From: Octopus sinensis
Lineage: Eukaryota
Length of the DNA: 64,000 nucleotides
Assembly: GCF_006345805.1 (NCBI RefSeq)
Contig: NC_043000.1
Location: forward strand, 155,992,001-156,056,000
Direction of reading: 5' to 3'
The translations under genes were made by a program, and so were the position numbers. The notes below the pieces were generated by a model. That model had not been told where the DNA came from. It searched no databases and was given only the letters and a program-made list of their open reading frames with translations. Positions 36,703 through 49,838 of this stretch are shown here, in pieces (position 1 is the first letter of the stretch; each line of letters starts with the position of its first letter).

Positions 36703-37351
36703 TCATCATCATCATCATCATCGTTTAACGTCCGCTTTCCATGCTAGCATGGGTTGGAAGGTTCAACTGGGGTCTGGGAAGCCCGAAGGCTGCACCAGGC
36801 CAGTCAGATCTGGCGGTGTTTCTACAGCTGGATGCCCTTCCTAACGCCAACCACACCATGAGTGTAGTGGGTGCTTTTTATGTGCCACCGACACAGGTGC
36901 CAGACGAGGCTGGCGAACGGCCACGCTTGGATGGTGCTTTTTACGCGCCACCGGCACGGAGGGCAGACGAGGCTGGCATGGCCACGATCGGATGGTGTTT
37001 GTTACGTGCCACCAGCACGGAGGCCAGTTGATGCGGTGCTGGCTACGGCCACATTCGGATGGTTCTCTTATGTGCCACTGGCACTGGTACCACAAACTTC
37101 AAATTCCATTGATGTTGATCGATTTCGATTTTGATTTGATTTTTGATTCTTTGATTTTTGATTTTCATTTGCCTCAACAGGTCTTCACAAGTAGAGTTAT
37201 GTGTCCCAAGAAGGAAGGTATGCACAGGTGGACTGACTACGTCCCAGGTAGGGGCCACGGGTTATGGCCTCACTTGTCCTGCCAGGTCTTCTCATGCACA
37301 GCATACTTCCAAAGGTCTCGGTCTCTGGTCATTTCCTCGGTGAGGCCTAAA
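36703..37351 (-). mobile_element. RTE-A 3' end
   Basis: Family match; (GAT)n tail. Confidence 0.85.
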
Positions 37352-37626
37352 GAGCGAAATAAATCTTTAATTGGTCTGAGGCTATAGAAGAAGATATTTC
37401 CCCAAAGTGCGATGCTATAGGACTAAATCCAAAACCACATGGTTGGGAAACAACCTTCTTTTCACACAGCCATGTCAGTGCCTATAGGCTTCGGCTGACC
37501 TGGGGCTAGAGTAGAAGACACTTGCTCAAGGTGTCACACAAAAAGCAGAAAAATTCCTTTTACTATAGAATAAAGAGTGTGAGCAAGTGTATGACTATAC
37601 GCAAATAGTTAACATGTCTGAAAAAT

Positions 37627-38194
37627 ATTGAGTTGTCCGGAAAGTTCGTGCCGATTTATAGTAGCTTAGCTTTCAACTTATTTTAGAACTTGGTTGAGTC
37701 CATAAAATAGGATTTGACTACATTTCAATTTAGAGCACAGTTTAAGCTATCTTTTCATGGAAGAAGGTTTATGTTCCTATAACCTGTGTTAATTCTGTAA
37801 CCCTTTAAAAGAGAAGATAAGAAAGTTTATTTTTGGCACTTGATGCTTTGGGAACCAGACAAAAATTGCTGCAGCTTGGTTGGGATGTGTTACCCCCACC
37901 CTCCATATTCACCAGATATTACTCCTTCGGATTTCTACTTATTCAGGTCTCTGCAGAATAGTCTTAATGGTAAATATTTCAATTCCTTGCATGACGTAAA
38001 AAGATACCTTGATGAATTTTTTGCCATGAAAACACCTCAATTCTGGGGAATGGGTATTTTCAAGTTAAAGGAAAGACGGAGACGTATTGTACAACAAAAT
38101 GGTTCATATTTGGTTGGTTAAAAATGTAATGGCAAGTATTTATTGACCTTTTTCTTTCTTTTAAAAATCGGCACAAACTTTCCGGACAACCCAA
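37627..38194 (+). mobile_element. Internally deleted mariner element
   Basis: TA TSD; TIRs TTGAGTTGTCCGGAAAGTTCGTGCCGATTT / AAATCGGCACAAACTTTCCGGACAACCCAA; HPPYSPDITPSDFYLFRSLQNSL. Confidence 0.9.
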
Positions 38195-38222
38195 TACTTC
38201 CCTTATTGAATATTTCCATTCT

Positions 38223-38828
38223 TTAATCCTTTGGCATTCAGATTATTCTGTTAAATGCAGTGCTTATTTATTCACATTGTTTAGAGTTAATCATGCATTA
38301 TCTTGTAGCTTCAAGATTCTGATGACATGGTAGTTTATTTTAGAATGACATTGTAGAGTAGGTGTGAGGAGCCAGATATGGCCAGTTTGAACATAAAGCA
38401 GGTGGAATATTTTGGCTTCTGTGCCAGTGGCACATAAAAAGCACCATCCGAATGTGGCCAATGCCAGCGTCGCCTCGACTGGCTTCTGTGCCGGTGGCAC
38501 ACAAAAAGCACCATCCGAGCACGGCCGATGCCAGTGCCGCCTTGACTGGCTTCCATGCCGGTGGCACGTTAAAAGCACCAACCGATCGTGGCCGATACCA
38601 GACTCCCCTGGCACCTGTGCCGGTGGCACGTAAAAAGCACCCACTACACTCGCGGAGTGGTTGGCATTAGGAAGGGCATCCAGCTGTAGAAACTCTGCCA
38701 GATCAGACTGGAGCCTGGTGCAGCCCTTGGCTTCCCAGACCCCAGTCGAACCATCCAATCCGTGCTAGCACAGAAAACGGACGTTAAACAATGATGATGA
38801 TAGCCGGTTTTAAAAGCTAAAGGGTTAA
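38223..38828. mobile_element. TTAA MITE interrupted by an RTE-A tail (about 38414-38801, + strand)
   Basis: MITE halves flank the LINE tail. Confidence 0.75.
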
Positions 38829-39289
38829 TACCTCACACAAGTTGCTTGCTTACATTTTCCAGTTATATCGTTTGAGTCGTTTTATTTCCAAATTTAACCT
38901 CATTTGAAATGATAATAGTGTGTTGCTTGAAAACTTTTCTTAGGTGTCTTATAAAGAAGAGTTGAATGCAATTTAAAATGGTAAGCCAGTATAAAGGTTT
39001 TAAAATAATTGTGTTTCAAGCCATGTGACACAGCACAAAAATGTTATTGTATGATGTGTGATGAATTATGAAAAATAGACGTTTTTTTTCCCTATTCTTC
39101 CTATTTTATGGATCTGGTGAAAGTGTGTGGGTGAACTAAATATCATGATTTAAATAACTGTCCAAAAGCATGAGAAATCTGCTATGCATTGCTTCATGAG
39201 TAAAAAAGCCTATTGTTGTCAATCTACTTCATTAATGCCTCCTGCCCGACACATTCTTCACACACACACACACACGTGTGTGTGTGTGC

Positions 39290-39725
39290 ATATGTGTGCA
39301 TGTGAGGTTTGTGTGTCCTTGTTTTGACATCACATGATAGTTGTCTGCTTGCGAAGACCTGTTGAGGCAAGTGAAATCGAAATCAAATTCTATGACTGGC
39401 ATCCGTGCTAGTGGACCGCTAAGAGTACTATCCGAGCATGATTGTTGCCAAAGCAGCTGACTGGCTTCCATGCCGGTGGCACATAGAAAGCACCATTCAA
39501 GTGTGATCGTTACCAGCGTTGCCTTACTGGTACTTGTGCCAGTGGCATGTGAAAAAACATTCAAGTGAGGTCATTGCCAGTGCCACTGGACTGGCTCCTG
39601 TGCAGGTGGCACGTAAAAAAAAAACACCATTTGAGTGTGGCCATTTCTAGTACCGCCTGACTGGCCCTCATGCTAGCATGGAAAGCAGACGTTAAACAAT
39701 GATGATGATGATGATGATGATGATG
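39290..39725 (+). mobile_element. RTE-A 3' tail
   Basis: Family match; (GAT)n tail. Confidence 0.8.
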
Positions 39726-39984
39726 AAATATGTCACAAACATATTTTAACTAACCTAAAATGTTTGCTTATGCCTGAACACTGCTTGGTGTAAATACCAA
39801 TGAATATGTGTGTGTGCATGCATGTGTGTATGAATGTATGAACATGATAATACTACAGGCCGCACTGTAATCATCCCATAAATACAGACAATGATCTTAA
39901 GAAACATGTGATTTGTGGAAGCACACATAGCAATGCATTAAAATATTTACATATTCCATCCATGGATTACTATTACTATTATAA

Positions 39985-39988
39985 TTAC

Positions 39989-40037
<49 letters not shown>

Positions 40038-40255
40038 TAGTTTAATTTTATAGCGTGCTTTCACTTCACTACCGAGCGCAGCTCTGTGTGCCTTGGGTAT
40101 GTGCTGTGATTTGTTGTGATGCTCTGATGGTTATTGTATGGAAAGTGTTCTGCGTAGGATGTGTGCAGTGCCTAGTAGTGCAATTTTCTCTATGTTATAT
40201 GTGTTTGTAAGTCCTGGTGTTTTTGTTATGTATTTGTCTGAATATGTTTGTTTGT
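39985..40255 (-). mobile_element. R4/Dong-like (restriction-like endonuclease) non-LTR element 3' end in a (TAA)n tract
   Basis: NIEKIALLGTAHILRRTLSIQ*, then a short UTR and (TAA)n. Confidence 0.65.
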
Positions 40256-40470
40256 CGTGTATTATTATGCATCCTTACGGTCTGGGTTTGTTGTTTTTTG
40301 TTTCATTATTATCACTATATTTATTCTAAATTATATCAGCACAGTTCGGTGTGACCCAAAAAAACTGGTATCACCAGTTGGTATTATTAGACTGTAGCTG
40401 GCATAATAAAATAGGAGCTGTTATATGTATATTCAAAATATTTCCTGTAAACAAACATCAAGGATATATA

Positions 40471-40870
40471 CTCTTTACTTGTTTCAGTCATTTGACTGTG
40501 GCCATGCTGGAGCACCACCTTTAGTCGAGCAAATCGATCCCAGGACTTATTCTTTGTAAGCCTAGTACTTATTCTATCGGTCTCTTTTGCCGAACCACTA
40601 AGTAACAGTGACATAAACACACCAGCATCAATTGTCAAGCAATGTTGGGGAACAGACACAGACACACAAACAACACACATATATATATATATATATATAC
40701 ATATATACAATGGGCTTCTTTCAGTATCTGTCTACCAAATCCACTCACAAGGCTTTGGTTGGCCCAAGACTGCAGTAGAAGACACTTGCCCAAGGTGCCA
40801 TGCAGTGGGACTGAACCCGGAACCATGTGGTTGGTAAGCAAGCTTCTTACCACACAGCCACTCCTGCACC
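40471..40870 (-). mobile_element. SINE-B
   Basis: Family match. Confidence 0.9.
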
Positions 40871-41293
40871 TATATATATATATGCGGGCATGGCTGTGTG
40901 GTTAGGGAGCTTGCTTCCTAGCTACATGGTTTTGGATTCAGTCCCACTGCGTGGTACTTTGGGTAGGTGTCTTCCACTATAGCCCCGAGCCGACTGGAGC
41001 TTTGTGATTGAATTCGGTAGGTAGAAGTTACTGCCGTGTGTGAATGTGTGCGTATAGCTGCTCAGTGCCTCTCTGAAAGAGAGAGAGGGAAAACTAAGGT
41101 ACTGCCATTGAAGGTGCCTCTATATTGTTACTTGACCTGCAAGAAACAGCAGCTAAATCACCCTCAAATCATACATTATCACCTTACAAATAGGAAAGGT
41201 CAAACTAGATAATGTAATCTTAGACAACCCCCAAAAAACAGAAACTCATATTGGATAATTTTACCCTATGTCTTAAAAAAAGATCAAAAGGTA

Positions 41294-41450
41294 GGCGCAG
41301 GAGTGGCTGTGTGGTAAGTTGCTTGTTTACCAGCCACATGGTTCCGGGTTCAGTCCCACTGCGTGGCACCTTGGGCAAGTATTTTCTACTATAGCCTCGG
41401 GCCGATCAAAGCCTTGTGAGTGGATTTGGTAGACAGAAACTGAAAGAAGC

Positions 41451-41504
<54 letters not shown>

Positions 41505-41717
41505 ATGTTTGTGTGTCTGTGTTTGTCTTCACAACATCGCTTGAGAACTGGTGCTGGTGTACTTACATCCCCATAACTTAGTGGTTCGGCAAAAGAGACT
41601 GATAGATTAAGTACTAGGCTTACAAAGAATAAGTCCTGGGGTTGACTTGCTCGACTAAAGACAGTGCTCCAGCATGGCCACAGTTAAATGACTGAAACAA
41701 ATAAAAGAGTAAAAGAG
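41294..41717 (+). mobile_element. SINE-B
   Basis: Family match. Confidence 0.9.
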
Positions 41718-41885
41718 GCCACAGATTGCTCCTAGTCAAAAATCAACTTGAACAGATTTCAATGGAGCAGGGGCCACGTAACAACTGTAAAGACAAGAAG
41801 GTTCTCAGCCTGTTTTTCTTTGTTAATTTCCCATTTGAATCTAATCTAAAAGAATCTGATACACAATCAATAAAGGTGAACTTAC

Positions 41886-41942
41886 ACTTGGTTTAGGAAT
41901 CCCAAACAAGGGTTTCATTGCATTATCGTCATAGGCATTCAT
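41886..41942 (-). CDS. TMEM243: TMEM243 orthologue, coding exon 1 (MNAYDDNAMKPLFGIPKPS)
   Basis: ATG at 41942; donor AGT|GTAAGT at 41885; phase 0; KPLFG resembles the RPLFG motif I recall from vertebrate TMEM243. Confidence 0.85.
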
Positions 41943-42135
41943 CTTGCAAAGTTAGATCCAACAGAAAGCTACTGCTTTTTCTTATCCAATTTTGCTTTCC
42001 TTTGTAAATTATAACATCAGGGTTCTATCAGGATTTACTGCATGATGTCCAGAATGAAAGCAGCTCCACTTGAAACAAGACATCACATTGAAATATCTGT
42101 GAATGGCATTGGCACAGCTGTTGTATGATATAGTG
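41943..42135 (-). other. TMEM243: 5' UTR part of the TMEM243 start-codon exon, containing upstream ATGs
   Basis: Strong acceptor TCTTTTGTCTTTGCAG at 42136, implying an unlocated upstream non-coding exon. Confidence 0.65.
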
Positions 42136-42957
42136 CTGCAAAGACAAAAGACACAGCTAGGTTATAACACATTAAACCAAAGACTGACAAAAAGCATAAA
42201 CTAAAATACATGTTCAAATTGGATATAAATTATCATAATAATATAGATATAAATTTAGAAATTTCTTTTAAAATCCTGAACAGATGTGCAAGTGTGAAAT
42301 AAAATATTAAAAGGAAAGTGTCTTGAACCATCGCTGTGTACACAACATTATCAACAACCAGTAAAATATTTATTGAGAAAGATACAATATACGACAAAAG
42401 ATTTTAATGCAACAAATAGCAGAATAATTGCTATTGTTATCCTGTATATTCATTAATTTTTAAGATAGTAGGATAAAATTTGAAGATCTAGTTACTATTC
42501 CTAAGTCAAATGACAATGTAGACAATCCCTTGTTGGCTCCACAATTGCTGCTGTAATTGTCATTTAACCCCATATCAGCCCTGACTGAGCACACTTACGA
42601 TGAAAGATGAACCGGCTATTATCATGCCATCTTTTAGCCAAACATAGTATGCCTCGGACAACAGAATCAAATGTGTCCTAATTCTTTTTACAGTTGTAGT
42701 GGGGTGATCTGAGCTAGATTTGGCTGTTATTTGATTGATCACATAGAAGCTCCTTGTTTTGATTGGTTATTTCAAAATATAGTTTGTAAAGGAATGAAAG
42801 TTATGAATATACACTACATTCTCAGCAAAAAAGCATTGGTAGATTGGTTCATTTACTGCTACTAAACTTCAGTTAAACCTGTTATTCTGCTAAGAGACCA
42901 TGCATAGCATATAAGTAGGTAGGTAAACTGATTTGCACGATAGTGTTAGTTTGATAA

Positions 42958-43170
42958 GGCGGCGAGCTGGCAGAAACATTAGCATGCTGGGCAAAATGCT
43001 TAGCAGTATTTCGTCTGCTGCTATGTTCTGAGTCCAAATTCCGCCAAGGTCAAATTTGCCTTTCATCCTTTCGGGGTTGATTAAATAAGTACCAGTTATG
43101 CACTGGGGTCGATATAATCGACTTAATCCATTTGTCTGTCCTTTAGCCCATTGTGGGCAGTAAGGAAATA
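42958..43170 (+). mobile_element. SINE-A
   Basis: Family match; TSD AGTGTTAGT(T/C)TGATAA. Confidence 0.85.
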
Positions 43171-44065
43171 AGTGTTAGTCTGATAACTGCTACAAATTAC
43201 CTTAACATTAGCACAAGCAGGGAAATAAAAAGATTATGAATTCTAAAATGTTAAAACACAGTCCTTCTGTAGATGGAATCTAAGGAAAATACACTTAAGT
43301 TACTTAATAATGGTTATTATCAGAGGCAAAAAGTCGGAAATTTTAAGGGAAAGAATTTTTAATTAAATTGGCATCTCCAGTATTTGGATTTATTTCCTTG
43401 AATCCGGAAGGAAGAAAGGCAAAGTTGACCTTGAAGCAATTTGTTAGAGGAGGATGTAAAAAGCTGCACTTCAGAATTAGCATTTCAATCCTGTAATCCG
43501 TTGCTTTGTTAATAATGAATAACACCAGTGTTATTGAGGGACAAAGAGCTTAAGACAGTTGGCTTAGCAGAACATTTTGGATGGGGAACTTAATTCCCTG
43601 TCTAGTTAAACACCAGAACTTGGTCATTAAGGGTACCTTTATTGGATTCTATACTTTTGTAAGTAGTCATGCAAGACCTCTGGTCTGGAGACAACTTCCT
43701 TCCATCACTCATAGACTCTTTGAAACAAGGTGCTACTTAGCTACTTATCTCTTCTTGTCAAGCCATAAAAAAATTGAAAGAGAGAAACCAGCAAAAGAGA
43801 TCACAGGTTCTAGGTTGTCATTGGCACTGTGCAGTTCTACCACCAAAACATTAAACTCTTAGAAACTTAGTTTCAACTAGGTGTAAGTAGATGCCATTGG
43901 CTGGAATGGTTCAGTACCTTAAGCAAAGCATTTTATTAGTTTACAAAATAAGTTGATGAAGTATTGGTCTTAAGCATTAGGATTATTGTCAAATATAATG
44001 TTTATTTATTCACATTGTTTTGAATTAATCATGCATTATCCCATAGCATTGAATTTTGATGATAT

Positions 44066-44526
44066 CGAAGTCAAATTCGATGACTGGCATCTGTGCCAGT
44101 GGAGCTGTAAGAGCACCATCTGAGAGCAATTGTTGCCAGAGCAGCTCACTGGCTTCTGTGCTGGTGGCACGTAAAAAAGCACCATTCGAGCATGATTGTT
44201 ACCAGTGATGCCGGTGGCACGTGAAAAAACATTTGAGCAAGGTCATTGCCAGTGCCGCTGGACTGGCTCCTGTGCAGGTGGCACGTAAAAAATACCATTT
44301 GAGCGTGGCCGTTATCAATACCGCCACCTGACTGGCCCTCATGCCGGTGGCACGTAAAAGCACCCACTACACTCTGCTGAGTGGTTGGCGTTAGGAAGGG
44401 CATCCAGCTGTAGAAACTCTGCCAGATCAAGATTGGAGCCTGGTGCAGCCATCTGGTTCACCAGTCCTCAGTCAAATCATCCAACCCATACTAGCATGGA
44501 AAGCAGACGTTAAACGATGATGATGA
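44066..44526 (+). mobile_element. RTE-A 3' tail inside a TTAA MITE (about 43975-44650)
   Basis: Family match; MITE sequence resumes after (GAT)n. Confidence 0.8.
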
Positions 44527-44914
44527 ATTGTATATTTCTAGTATGACATTGTGTGGGTAGATGTGAGAGGTCAAATCTGGCCAAATTCAGCATAAAACAG
44601 GTAGAATTATTTGGGTTTGAATATGTCCGGTTTAAATGCTAAAGGGTTAAGGTGTAGAAATGAGTTCCTAAAGCAGTTTGTCTTTCTACCATCATTCTCT
44701 GCAGTCAAATTAGTAGCAAATGTAATTTGTACTCCATGTGATAAAGGAATGCACAAGTAAAACCATGACATATGACTTACAGGCAGCCTAGGATTTCTAT
44801 CCAGTATCCATTTTTATCAAAACCGTGAAGACAGAGTCAGAGTCGTGAAGTTGGAGTCACTGAAGTGGTAAAAATATTCCAATTCCAAATCTGCTTAAAT
44901 ATACATATACTGCA

Positions 44915-45272
44915 ATACAAACTCCACCCATCTAACACCCGTGGACATATTTACAAAGTCAGAAAACAGCACAGCTCCCATGACTTCAGGAAACATTTTT
45001 TCACGCTGAGAGTTGCTGAAGCATGGAACAAACTGCCGGCATCAGTTGTTAGTTGTCGGAGCACTGCATCCTTCAAAACTTCCATGCTTTCTGAGATTCG
45101 CCAACACCACACCTGATCTTTCTCCCCTCCATACACACACAGGCATGTATCTGACTCATACATTGTTCGCTTTCCAGACATTTTTACATTACTGCATGTA
45201 CTTTATATGCACTTTCTGACAAGTTGTGGTGCACCTGAGCACTGTATACAATAATTTCATTATTATTATTAT
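44915..45272 (+). mobile_element. CR1-clade LINE 3' end
   Basis: Matches 30491-30941; (ATT)n tail. Confidence 0.8.
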
Positions 45273-45346
45273 AATGCATTGAAATTTCCAATTTCAACAG
45301 AAATTAATTTGGCAGTTTTTTTGCACAGAAAATAATTAAATCAAAT

Positions 45347-45568
45347 TTAACCCTTTAAGCATTTAAAAGCAGCCACATCCAACCCAAATATTCTCCCTGT
45401 TTTATATTCAAACTGGCTTTTCATACCTACACAACAATGTTATTCTAGAAATAAATAATCACGATATCAAAATCTTTTAGCTATAGGATAATGCATGATT
45501 AATTCAAAACAATGTGAGAAATTAAGTGTTTACATTTGATAGAGTAATTTGAATGCTAAAGAGTTTAA
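45347..45568. mobile_element. TTAA MITE
   Basis: Family match; TTAA termini. Confidence 0.7.
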
Positions 45569-46188
45569 GGGTTTGTTTCTTTTTTTTGTTTTAAGGAAGA
45601 CTCTATAGAAGCAATTATGTGACGGACCGGTGTACCATTCAGGTGGAGAACCTATACACCAAGGAAACTGGCCCTATGAACCAGGCGTGGCTCAAGAAGG
45701 AACAAACAACAACAGGAGTAATCTAAAAAAGTTTTATTGAGTTATATTCTCAACAAGAATGGATAATATGCACTAACTCAAAATGTCTTTTAAATATTTC
45801 AGTCTATATATAAGGCAGAAAACTGGCAGAATGTTTAGTTGCATTTCATATCTGTCTCAACATTCTGAGTTCAAACTGTACGGAGGTTGATTTTGCCTTT
45901 CATCTTGTCAAGGTCAATAAAATAAGTACCAGGGTTGATATAATTAATTTAATCCCTCCCTTGAAATTGCTGGCCTTGTACCAAAATTAGAAACCAATTT
46001 TTAATTCTACATGAAATAAACTGATTTACAATAAGAAAGTCATCTAAGACAAAATAGTTTCATTGCATTCTTTCTCAACAGAAGTGGGAGGAGGACCAAA
46101 AACTATGCAGCTAATGCTGCCCTAATTTTAATCTTGATTTTGATGAGTTCCACAGAATATAATTAACCTAATTACAAATGCATGAGTT

Positions 46189-46382
46189 TCATCATCATCA
46201 TCGTCGTTTAACGTCCGTTCTCCATGCTAGCATGGGTTGGACGGTTCGACCGGGGTTCTGGGAAGCCAGAAGGCTGCACCAGGCTCCAGTCTAATCTGGC
46301 AATGTTTCTACAGCTGGATGCCCTTCCTAACGCCAACCACTCCGTGAGTGTAGTGGGTGCTTTTTACGTGCCACCTGCACCT
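46189..46382 (-). mobile_element. RTE-A 3' tail
   Basis: Family match. Confidence 0.85.
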
Positions 46383-46477
46383 GTTTGTGTCAACAATACC
46401 ATAAATTGATGAGCGAAAGCCAAAGGTGTGGTGTAATGATATCACAGCCCTTAGTCTCACGATCTGGAGGCTCTTTC

Positions 46478-46874
46478 CTCTTTTGCTTGTTTCAGTCATT
46501 GGACTGCAGCCATGCTGGAGCACCGCCTTTAGTCGAGCAAATCGACCCCGGGACTTATTCTTTGTAAGCCCAGTACTTATTCTATCGGTTTCTTTCTGCC
46601 GAACCGCTAAGTGACGGGGACGTAAACACACCAGCATCGGTTGTCAAGCAATGCTAGGGAGACAAACACAGACACACAAACACACACATACATACATATA
46701 TATATATACATATACACGACAGGCTTCTTTCAGTTTCCGTCTACCAAATCCACTCACAAGGCATTGGTCGGCCCGGGGCTATAGCAGAAGACACTTGCCT
46801 AAGATGCCACGCAGTGGGACTGAACCCGGAACCATGTGGTTGGTTAGCAAGCTACTTACCACACAGCCACTCCT
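46478..46874 (-). mobile_element. SINE-B
   Basis: Family match. Confidence 0.9.
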
Positions 46875-47274
46875 GTATTAAATTCAATTACTTGTTAAGA
46901 CTGAAATAAACCTACTCAGAGAAATCAGGATTTTCAGCAGGATTCGTGGCAATTGTAGTTAGCTGTTACCAGTAAGTTCTATGTTATGACTGTTTAACTG
47001 ACAGACTTTAAAAGCTATATATGTTGATAATTATCAGATAACATAAATGATTATCTACATGAATATAACATTGTACATTATCTTTACAGCAAGACAATGT
47101 GGTACTTTTCACAGCCTGTCTGCAATTTTATCTACCTTTCACTCCATAATATCACATATAGTGATTTTTCCTATATAAGTACATATCAGTGGGAGTTTGT
47201 ATGCATATCTACATGTATCAATGTCTGTGTGAGCTTATCTGCGTCTCTCTTTCTCTTTATATATATATATATAA

Positions 47275-47669
47275 GCGCAGGAGTGGCTGTGTGGTAAGTA
47301 GCTTGCTAACCAACCACATGGTAGTGGGTTCAGTCCCACTGCGTGGCACCTTGGGCAAGTGTTTTCTACTATAGCCTCGGGCCGACCAAAGCCTTGTGAG
47401 TGGATTTGGTAGACGGAAACTGAAAGAAGCCTGTCGGATATATGTATATATATGTATGTGTGCGTGTGTGTTTGTGTGTCTGTGTTTGTCCCCCTAGCAT
47501 TGCTTGACAACCGATGCTGGTGTGTTTACATCCCCGTCACTTAGCGGTTTGGCAAAAGAGACTGATGAATAAGTACTGGGCTTACAAAGAATAAGTCCCA
47601 GGGTCGAGTTGCTCGACTAAAGGTGCTCCAGCATGGCCGCAGTCAAATGACTGAAACAAGTAAAAGAGT
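47275..47669 (+). mobile_element. SINE-B
   Basis: Family match. Confidence 0.9.
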
Positions 47670-47679
47670 ATATATATAT

Positions 47680-47884
47680 ACAGGGGGGGGGGGGCTGAAA
47701 AATCCCTAGTTTTGGGTAAAAGAATATACAGGAGGATCAGTTAATTATGATTTTATTCAACACACTTACTTCAGGGTCCTTCAGGTTTCCTAAGTCCTGT
47801 AAAAGAACTCGAAAAGTTGGGCTTCCAACCAGGTCTCTCGTGATACCCTTAAAGCCAAGAACTTTTCAGCCAACCCCACACATA
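47680..47884 (-). mobile_element. Mariner-derived MITE
   Basis: GGGGCTGAAAA ... TTTTCAGCCAACCCC ends; inverted relative at 51762-51974. Confidence 0.6.
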
Positions 47885-48124
47885 TATATATAAATAAAAT
47901 TACAATAAAGGCATTGAATAATTACAATACCAGGCTGCTGGAAGTAGACCCCAAAAGGTCTTGGGATCACTTAGATTATTACTCCATTACATCTCAAAAC
48001 TCGAAGAATAAAAGTGAAACCTTCAATGGAGTAACAGTTATAAATAGTTTCACTTTTGTATTGTTTCACTTTCACTATGTATATCTTTGTGTGTGTGTGT
48101 ATATATATATATATACATGTATGC

Positions 48125-48395
48125 CAGTACCCCCATACTGGTTCCTGTGTTGGTGACACGTAAAAAGCACCAATTGAACGTGTTCTTTGCCAGGCTTACC
48201 ATACTGGCTCCTGTGCCGGTGGCATGTAAAAAGCACCCACTACACTCTTGGAGTGGTTGGTGTTAGGAAGGGCATCCAGCTGTAGAAACTCTGGCAGACC
48301 AGACCGGAGCCTAATGCAGCTACTGGCTCTCCAGACCTCAGTCAAACCGTCCAACCCATGCCAGCATGGAAAATGGACATTAATCGATGATGATG
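48125..48395 (+). mobile_element. RTE-A 3' tail
   Basis: Family match. Confidence 0.8.
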
Positions 48396-48409
48396 ATATA
48401 TATACATAT

Positions 48410-48468
<59 letters not shown>

Positions 48469-48479
48469 GTGTGTGTGTC

Positions 48480-48890
48480 TCCCCAGCCGAACTCTCAGCC
48501 CTTTGATGTCTCCGACACCACACGAACATCATCTTAAAGCCGCAAGGGTGAAACTGTGGTGGTGTGGCGTCCAGACCTCTACAAGGCGGAAGCTCCCCGC
48601 CACCTTCAAGACACCTTCTTCTACTGCTCTCCAATCCCATACCCTACGTGGATATTTCCTTACCACTATCCACACCACCCTTGCCAGAGCATGTTCCGTG
48701 GACCGTGCATCTGCTCTCTCCCTCTGCCATATCCCGTTTCCCTCACCTACCACCCTACCTCTCCAATGCACCATTCTCCGAGCCTTCCAGTGACTCCAGT
48801 CTGACCCCTCCAATTCACACATCTTCTCTAACCCACCCCTCTCCTCCTTCAAATGAGCCCACATTCAGAGAATCACGTGGCTATCACAGA
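48480..48890 (+). mobile_element. Penelope-like element fragment with a large internal deletion
   Basis: VVWRPDLYKAEAxRHLQD (ADKG-x-VVV region) joined to ILRAFQxLQSDP..HIF..PP region. Confidence 0.55.
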
Positions 48891-49838
48891 AAGCTCCTCT
48901 TGCAGACTTTAATCGATTACAAAGACAGATTTCAGAAAATAAAACTGAGCCTGATTTTGAACATCAAATAGCATACGAACTAAGATACGAACTATGAAGT
49001 ATCGACAAGAACAGAATCCATAAAAATCCACAACAATATTAAAGAACATCAACTCCAATATTTGGGACAAGTAAAAGGATGCCAGATGTGAGATCCTGTG
49101 TTCTGTGCTTGAGGACGATCAGTACCCAATAGATGTGCCTAAGTAACACATCTGTGATATCCTTCTATTTTTTTTACTTGTTTCAGTCATTTGACTGTGG
49201 CCATGCTGGAGCACTGTCTTGACTTATGATAAAGAAGAACATGACAAAACCACCTCATCTGGCCAACTAGCAATGGTACAAAACATGGAGGTAAAAGCTG
49301 ACCCAGGGAATATCACTGAAGTTCTCAGAAACTCTTGGGTCAGCAGCACTTTGGCCAAACATAGTGCTGATCTTGAAACTAGCCAAGCAGGTGATTTTAT
49401 GAGAACTTTCCATTCTCTTGGAGGACTGTATTTAGGACACCACTGAGAGGAAAAGAGCAAAATATACTGAGTTGATGGAAGTATTTTGAAACAACAGGTG
49501 ACAAGCAAAGTCTGATCCTACTGTGGGGGAGTGCAGAGGGTTTGCAATTAGTCTTTCTGCAAAGCCTACAATAAGGTGGCCTTTACAGAGGTCATTAGGA
49601 AGAAATCTACCACATTGTTAACGAGGTAGCAAAAATTGCTTCAGGGTGGGTCAGGTAATGTGAGCTATGGCTGGGATAGTACTAAATAGACACAAGCTGG
49701 GACTTTATCAGTCTTGACTAGGTTGCTTATGCAAAAGTCATTGATTGGTGAAAAACCCCAAACATTTAATGATCCCAAGTAAAACCACTGAGAATGTTCC
49801 CAAGTGCATCACAAAATGATGTATGAGAACGTGTGAGA

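Noticed and set aside
38944-38980. Short + strand exon (TTTTCTTAG ... G|GTAAGC)
   Set aside because: It has stops in all three frames, lies antisense within a TMEM243 intron and has no partner exons.
44781-44859. Additional TMEM243 5' UTR exon (AG acceptor, GTAAGT donor on the minus strand)
   Set aside because: Splice-like signals alone are common in AT-rich DNA and there is no independent support.
49250-49790. Degraded LINE endonuclease (AGDF..HS-like)
   Set aside because: Only one partial motif; too decayed to annotate.
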